A DNA stretch of 20,000 nucleotides from the IMG/VR virus record IMGVR_UViG_3300018080_000160; one strand, 5' to 3'. The translations under genes were made by a program, and so were the position numbers. How positions within the stretch are numbered: position 1 is the first letter of the stretch; the number at the start of each line of letters is the position of its first letter. The notes under the pieces are model-generated. The model made no database searches. It was given only the letters and a program-made list of their open reading frames with translations, and was not told the origin of the DNA. This document shows, piece after piece, positions 15,024-20,000 of this stretch. The DNA comes from an uncultured virus (IMG/VR IMGVR_UViG_3300018080_000160). Lineage: Duplodnaviria > Heunggongvirae > Uroviricota > Caudoviricetes.

Positions 15024-16803
15024 TATACAGCTAACGAACGAGTTCGCTGTTACTATCGAGGAAATGTTCTCCTCGAACGGTAAGAGAAAAGTCTGGAAGT
15101 TTAATGTAAATCCGAAAAACGAGGGAGATGAATGCGGCTTCCCGTCAGTGGAGGCTCCAGATCAGTTCTGGCTCAAGAAACGATTTCGTGACGAGCTGCG
15201 CAATGACCTTATCAAGTATATAGAGGAGTTCCAACCCAAAGATCCAGACGACAAGAACGAGATTTTCAAGAATAGGGATAGAGTCGATAGAGTAGTTGCG
15301 AATCTAACACAGGAAATTGAATCTATTATTGACGATTATAACGATTCCCTCACGAAAAACAAGTGGAAGCAATTAAGATTTAATCCTGAACTGTATGTAT
15401 CTGTTGTGGGATTTCTCGCTGACCTAAACAATCGTAGCGTGGCAGATATTAAGAAGCATATCGAGATCGTGCGAGATAGAAAGAATAAGAAGATTGCAGC
15501 AAAGGGAGGTAACGGGGAAGTTACGAATGAGGAGGTTGCTTCAGAAGTCTTATTCATCAAACCCCCGAAAGATGTCTTCTCGTTCTTTTACAAACGATTA
15601 GATTTAATCATACAGACGCATCACAGTCTATATCAAGACACGACCTACGGTAAACCAATTCATAGATTTAAAGAAGAGTTAATCATCTGCTTGGCAACTG
15701 TATTATCGTTCTGGCTTGGAAGAGACCCGAAATGGGTGCTGTTCATCGGCCCGAGTCGTTCCTTCAAAAGTACCCATATTAACTTCTTCCAGACGCTTAA
15801 CAAAATTATAACTTTCGAAGTGGATATGATGACAGCAAATGCATTAATGTCTGGTGCGGAAGATGTCGAATCTTTTATGCACTTACTTGATGAGAAATGT
15901 CAGTTGATGGACGAGATGGGAACTTTTCTCTCGATGCGAAAAGATGTAGTCATCAAACTACTCTCCGAATACACCGTTGCGTATAAAGGATGGGCGAGTA
16001 AAGCAAGCGGTTCCACGAAAACGATGGAAACTGTTATTGCGAGATTTAACTGGCTTGCAGGCATAACAAACGAGAAATTCCAAGAACTATACGATCTCTT
16101 CCGGACGATAGGTTCTCGGTTCATTACATTCGAGTTTCCAGTTTATGCACAAGCAGAATGGAGTTATTACCATGATTTGGTTGATGGAAAGAATCCTTCT
16201 ATCGTTGGTGCGAAGGAGAAGGCACTGAAGAGAATGATTGGTTCCTATATGTATGGAATGTTCCGGTGGCTGAAGGAACACAAACCAATAGTGAAGCTCG
16301 ATAAGGTGAAAGATTTGCTGATTGAAGCTAGCAATTTTTATTCGATTTTCCGAGATCGAGAACCTCCGCTGTGGTTCCGTCAGATGCTTACTGACTTGGC
16401 AAGCACCATCGCTACAATGTTCAACCGCGATGAAGTGTTGGAAGAGGATGTCGAGATATTGATTTCGAGTACGTATTCCTGCAACAAAAAGGTTTACAAC
16501 GAGATCGTAAAAGTATTTGCTGCGAATAGGCGTATTCTGAGTATTGGGGACATAAAGGAAGTTCTTTCTACCTACAAGGAAAGCCATATCCGGAATATAA
16601 TAAATCTGCTTATCCAACGCGAGTTTTTGGAAGAGATGCCTTCCGGATTTATGACACGAGATAAGTGGAGAAATATCATGGAAATGATAAAAAAGCACAT
16701 GAAACGGACGGGGCAATACAATGCCTACACGACCAGCTCAAGTTCCCAAGCAAAGCAAGAATACTTACCAGCAGCAGCAGAAGAAGAGGGGGATTATTAT
16801 TGA
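15010..16803 (+). CDS. Divergent MCM-like AAA+ helicase with a C-terminal winged helix
   Basis: WVLFIGPSRSFKS (Walker A variant), TANALMSG, QLMDEMG (Walker B), FNWLAGIT (sensor 1), GSRF (Arg finger) and a C-terminal wHTH pattern. It lies between polB and the primase. Confidence 0.7.
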   Translation: MLKFNIQLTNEFAVTIEEMFSSNGKRKVWKFNVNPKNEGDECGFPSVEAPDQFWLKKRFRDELRNDLIKYIEEFQPKDPDDKNEIFKNRDRVDRVVANLTQEIESIIDDYNDSLTKNKWKQLRFNPELYVSVVGFLADLNNRSVADIKKHIEIVRDRKNKKIAAKGGNGEVTNEEVASEVLFIKPPKDVFSFFYKRLDLIIQTHHSLYQDTTYGKPIHRFKEELIICLATVLSFWLGRDPKWVLFIGPSRSFKSTHINFFQTLNKIITFEVDMMTANALMSGAEDVESFMHLLDEKCQLMDEMGTFLSMRKDVVIKLLSEYTVAYKGWASKASGSTKTMETVIARFNWLAGITNEKFQELYDLFRTIGSRFITFEFPVYAQAEWSYYHDLVDGKNPSIVGAKEKALKRMIGSYMYGMFRWLKEHKPIVKLDKVKDLLIEASNFYSIFRDREPPLWFRQMLTDLASTIATMFNRDEVLEEDVEILISSTYSCNKKVYNEIVKVFAANRRILSIGDIKEVLSTYKESHIRNIINLLIQREFLEEMPSGFMTRDKWRNIMEMIKKHMKRTGQYNAYTTSSSSQAKQEYLPAAAEEEGDYY

Positions 16804-17258
16804 TTGAGATAGCAATTTTTGTGTTTTTACTTCTTTTCTTCGTCGTCGAAGTGGTTATCGTTCTTAGATTATGGAAGATGACCCCTCAGACAACCGAACA
16901 AAACGAAGAGCAGACATTATCAGCAATAGAAAGAGCAGAAAATGCTCTTACGAAGCATTTCACGGAAGCATTAGAACACACGAATACACACTTGAAGCGT
17001 TCGTTTACTGCCATTATTTCATCGCGTCAAGGTAAACTGGGAGAGATGGAGGCTTTGTTTGCGCTAAAGGAGCGATATATTAGACTAATACCCCTCGGGC
17101 AACCAATAGATTTCATCGGTGTCGGAAATGATACAATCGACTTCATCGAGATAAAGACTGGGAGGGCGAGACTGACGAACGCGGAGAAAAAGATAAAAGA
17201 TTTAATCGAGAAAGGAAAAGTACGATTCCGGGAAATGAGGGAGGCTGATTACCAGTGA
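16800..17258 (+). CDS. Holliday-junction-resolvase-like PD-(D/E)XK endonuclease with an N-terminal transmembrane helix
   Basis: GKLGE, LGQPIDFI and FIEIKTG.ARLT..EK.IK..IE.GKV.F fit the Endonuc_Holl-type pattern. IAIFVFLLLFFVVEVVIVL is hydrophobic. TTG at 16800 overlaps the helicase stop. Confidence 0.8.
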   Translation: MIEIAIFVFLLLFFVVEVVIVLRLWKMTPQTTEQNEEQTLSAIERAENALTKHFTEALEHTNTHLKRSFTAIISSRQGKLGEMEALFALKERYIRLIPLGQPIDFIGVGNDTIDFIEIKTGRARLTNAEKKIKDLIEKGKVRFREMREADYQ

Positions 17259-17500
17259 CTTCAATGCGCGAAAAATTGTCAAAGAGAGCAAGCGAACTCG
17301 AATCGTGGTTGAGCGATAACAGTAAAAGACCCACATTTGAGCGTCGGTACTTAAATCTCTGCTCTGTATGTAATCAATTTGATATTAGTCATCATCTACT
17401 TGATGTGGCATTCAACAGCTTTTGTCAGGGAAAAGGAGCATCTTTTTCGAGGAAGTACCTTCGAAGATTTGCTCGAAGAGTTTTATCTGGAGATGAGTAA
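17255..17500 (+). CDS. Hypothetical protein (81 aa)
   Basis: GTGA overlap with the upstream stop, GGAGG RBS, and it abuts the next ATG. Confidence 0.65.
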   Translation: MTSMREKLSKRASELESWLSDNSKRPTFERRYLNLCSVCNQFDISHHLLDVAFNSFCQGKGASFSRKYLRRFARRVLSGDE

Positions 17501-18373
17501 ATGAAAGAACTGAAATTGGTAGCTGATGTATTAGGCTTCAATGTAAGCCCGTCATCTTTGAATACATTCGCCTATTGTCCGTACCAGTGGAAGATAGTTT
17601 ATCTAAATGGAGTTCGTGGGCCGGACAACTTATTTGCAGCCGCAGGATCTACCTTCCACAAGATTTTTGAAGTTGCATCTAAGAACTACGACAAGAACCT
17701 TTTCTTGAAGGAGAGAGCCACACATGTATACAATCTATGTATGGCTGTCCCTCCGGGTGAATGGAAACAACTAATGTCTCCTATTCTCAAAATGTATGCT
17801 ATAGCGGAGAACAAAAGATTCGAAAGAATTCTAAAATTCGTGGATGACGAAGACGAAGCGTGGGATTACTTCAACCCAATAGAAAACGAGAGGAAATACG
17901 TGTTAGATGATGAAGGGATAACCTTCATTGCGGATAGGCAGGTTATGGTTCCTGCTGGATATGCAGGAAATAGAGAGGAAGTTATGGGTGTTATCGACTT
18001 CAAACCAAAAGGAGACGAATACAGCACAACTCTAAATCGCCAACTAACTGCTATGGCTATTCACCTTAAAGATGATAGTGGAAACACACCGGTAGTTGGT
18101 GCTTACTTTTACCGAACAGGAGTAGAGCTTCCTATGAAGAAAGTTCATCACGCTTCTGTGCGAGGAATAAAAAATATCGCAGAGAAGATGTTGAATTGTC
18201 TAAAATGGGGTAGATTTAAGAAGAATCTTGGTTGGGGATGTGCTTGGTGTAGTTTCCAATTGGTATGTAGAGCGAAAATTCCACTCGAAACGTTCTTGGA
18301 GAATAAAAGGAACAGAAACGAAGTAGTAGGAGGTATATTCGATAATGTCAACCACAAAAATACATCTATTTGA
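17501..18373 (+). CDS. Cas4/AddB-like PD-(D/E)XK exonuclease with a 4-Cys cluster
   Basis: SPSSLNTFAYCP, GSTFH, E.E, IADR, IDFK, RQL and C-terminal CAWCSFQLVC. Confidence 0.85.
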   Translation: MKELKLVADVLGFNVSPSSLNTFAYCPYQWKIVYLNGVRGPDNLFAAAGSTFHKIFEVASKNYDKNLFLKERATHVYNLCMAVPPGEWKQLMSPILKMYAIAENKRFERILKFVDDEDEAWDYFNPIENERKYVLDDEGITFIADRQVMVPAGYAGNREEVMGVIDFKPKGDEYSTTLNRQLTAMAIHLKDDSGNTPVVGAYFYRTGVELPMKKVHHASVRGIKNIAEKMLNCLKWGRFKKNLGWGCAWCSFQLVCRAKIPLETFLENKRNRNEVVGGIFDNVNHKNTSI

Positions 18374-19427
18374 CACAATGGCCCGAGAGATTGGCCCAAA
18401 GCGTACTTGGGTTGAAGATAAAAATAAATTCTTCCACTGGTTAAACACAAACAGAACATACGAGGATTGTAGAGTTAGCGTTTACAGGTACGGGAATAGA
18501 CTGCAAGAGAAGAATTATGGGGATGCTGACCCTCGCAGCGTAGTCGTCGATAAAATTTTCATCGACACTGACTCGTTTTATGGTTACGAAGTAATGAAAC
18601 TCTTGAACGAGAAACTCTGCGATCTCGGTTTCGTTCATAGGATTAACTACTCCGGTCGTTACACACCTTACGGTACTATCCCACGCGCTATCGGCTTTCA
18701 CATCTATGTTTTTTGTTACCCAAATATCAACTACCCGAAGCAAGCCCTTTCAAATGCTCAAATCTTCATGGACAAGTGGGTTAGAAAGAAAGCAAAGGTA
18801 GAATTTGGTATAACGGAGGACGATGCTGTTGATTCCGCTATTATCGGTGATGTGATGCGGATGAGCCGATACCCGAACACATTCAACAAGAAGTGGAAGC
18901 GTTGGTGCGTCCCACTCACACAAGAAGACATCGACAACCTCAATCCTTACGATATCTATAAACTTGGTAGTCAACCCAGAAGAGAAGTAAACGGTAATGT
19001 CTGGTTAGGGGAAGGAAAGATTTGGCAGTTACCTCCTAAGTTCGATAAGGATGAATTCGATAAATTCAAACGCCGAAATGTCAATGTGACTAAATCTGAA
19101 TGTGATTGGGCTGAGATGATGGAAGTTTACGATGCGCCTCCGTGTTTGTGGAGTATGTTGAATGACCCGCATCTTGATTACCAAGAAAGATTCTGGTTAA
19201 TCGTGTGTCTGAGAGACCTCGGTTTCACACAAGAGGAGACGGAAACAATACTTGACGACTCACTTGATTACTACAAGTTCATGCATTGTGTAAATCAAGA
19301 ATTGATGACACACAGGTGTTATAATGGTGAACAGCAATCTGCGTACTTTACTGATGGTTGCGCGTTTATGAAGTCTCGGGGTTACTGTCCGGGTAATTGT
19401 GGACGAGATCATCCTATTTACAAGTGA
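18345..19427 (+). CDS. Archaeo-eukaryotic primase: PriS catalytic domain fused to a PriL C-terminal (Fe-S)-like domain
   Basis: AEP motifs FIDTD, SGR..GFHIY and GD..RM.RYPNT.N. The C-terminal part has PPC..L...ERF.L...L..LG and C..MKSRGYC.G.C..DHP. Confidence 0.85.
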   Translation: MSTTKIHLFDTMAREIGPKRTWVEDKNKFFHWLNTNRTYEDCRVSVYRYGNRLQEKNYGDADPRSVVVDKIFIDTDSFYGYEVMKLLNEKLCDLGFVHRINYSGRYTPYGTIPRAIGFHIYVFCYPNINYPKQALSNAQIFMDKWVRKKAKVEFGITEDDAVDSAIIGDVMRMSRYPNTFNKKWKRWCVPLTQEDIDNLNPYDIYKLGSQPRREVNGNVWLGEGKIWQLPPKFDKDEFDKFKRRNVNVTKSECDWAEMMEVYDAPPCLWSMLNDPHLDYQERFWLIVCLRDLGFTQEETETILDDSLDYYKFMHCVNQELMTHRCYNGEQQSAYFTDGCAFMKSRGYCPGNCGRDHPIYK

Positions 19428-19433
19428 TGAATT

Positions 19434-19592
19434 ATGTGTGAGTATCTGGAAAAATCTAAGGAATCCCCGGAAGTGATTAAATCTTGGGGAATTGTCGGGT
19501 ATTGTACCTACTTTAAGGCGAATGTCACTGGGCGAGTTTGCCCGTGTTCTAAGAAAAAGAAACGAAAAATAACAACATTTGATAGGATGTAA
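19434..19592 (+). CDS. Small 4-Cys protein with a basic tail (52 aa)
   Basis: Translated by hand: MCEYLEKSKESPEVIKSWGIVGYCTYFKANVTGRVCPCSKKKKRKITTFDRM. Confidence 0.55.
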   Translation: MCEYLEKSKESPEVIKSWGIVGYCTYFKANVTGRVCPCSKKKKRKITTFDRM

Positions 19593-19593
19593 A

Positions 19594-20000
19594 ATGCCAA
19601 AAATAGTAATTATTAAAGATACAGACGGTTGTGTTAAGGCTGAGCCTGCTGCAATTGATAACAAAGATCCGATGGCTTTCTTCACCTATACATTCACTAA
19701 CACACAAACTGGAGAAGTTCGGAAGTTTCTGGCTCCTTGTACGTATAACTCTTTTAGAAATTGCTTCACAAGTAACGTTTACCACGAAAGAAGAGCGTCT
19801 AACTGCCCATTGCTTTTCATGTATAATAATAAAATCTATTGGCGGGATGGTATATGGACGCTAAAGGTGCGCGTAGCAAGAAAAAGAAAAAAAGAAAAAA
19901 AGAAAGCGAGAAGTAATTTGAAGGCATTACGGATAGGCGGTAAGGTACACTTACACCCTTACATTGCTCTCGTTGACTTTTGCTCTCCCATACTCTCGAA
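19594..20000 (+). CDS. Hypothetical protein (partial, open to the window end)
   Basis: Translated by hand. ATG at 19594 follows the previous stop and there is no stop for 135 codons: MPKIVIIKDTDGCVKAEPAA...RKRKKEKKKARS... Confidence 0.55.
   Translation, partial: MPKIVIIKDTDGCVKAEPAAIDNKDPMAFFTYTFTNTQTGEVRKFLAPCTYNSFRNCFTSNVYHERRASNCPLLFMYNNKIYWRDGIWTLKVRVARKRKKEKKKARSNLKALRIGGKVHLHPYIALVDFCSPILS

Noticed and set aside
246..16803. Genetic-code reassignment explaining the odd catalytic motifs
   Set aside because: The substitutions use unrelated codons (TTG, GTC, TGG, CTA, TTC), all three stop codons terminate genes, and dut and the MTase motifs translate canonically.
17501..18373. CRISPR-Cas system suggested by the Cas4-like gene
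   Set aside because: No repeat-spacer array or other cas gene is in the window, and solo Cas4-like nucleases are common in viruses.
45..19864. Antisense and alternate-frame ORFs in the track (for example 45-377, 4055-4381, 5330-5707, 6327-6957, 16087-16716, 19260-19864)
   Set aside because: They shadow well-supported genes. Their F/L/S-rich composition mirrors K/E-rich sense codons and they show no motifs.
19878..19906. A-rich tract as a terminator or frameshift site
   Set aside because: It lies in an open frame encoding RKRKKEKKK. It could be a minus-strand T-tract terminator, but this cannot be judged at the window edge.

Overview
This window looks like the DNA replication and recombination block of an archaeal dsDNA virus or provirus. 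That assignment is inferred from archaeal-type enzymes, GGAGG/GAGGTG ribosome-binding sites, TATA-like boxes, tightly overlapping genes and many small orphan or Zn-finger ORFs; no virion or integrase gene is visible. Two divergent gene arrays meet at about 3770-3860. The leftward array encodes two unknowns, an RFC large-like subunit, a double Zn-ribbon protein, an RFC small subunit and a truncated Sm-like ORF. The rightward array encodes an OB/Zn-ribbon SSB-like protein, a Sak4/AAA_24-like ATPase, a divergent PCNA-like clamp, a wHTH regulator, adenine and C5-cytosine methyltransferases, dUTPase, PolB, an MCM-like helicase, a membrane-anchored resolvase-like nuclease, a Cas4/AddB-like nuclease and a PriS-PriL fused primase. 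Four observations stand out. (1) PolB has an intact exonuclease and YGDTDS, but its dNTP-binding motif B is rewritten (KxxxLVxWG instead of KxxxNSxYG). (2) Five replisome proteins carry lysine-rich tails, two of them paired with acidic tails. (3) An F-D-x-hydrophobic PIP-like motif recurs at the C-termini of PolB, RFC-L and the adenine methyltransferase and internally in the cytosine methyltransferase, suggesting clamp-tethered methylation. (4) An Sm-like gene and a triple TGTGNCACA operator are present. All family calls come from motif recognition by eye; no database searches were run.
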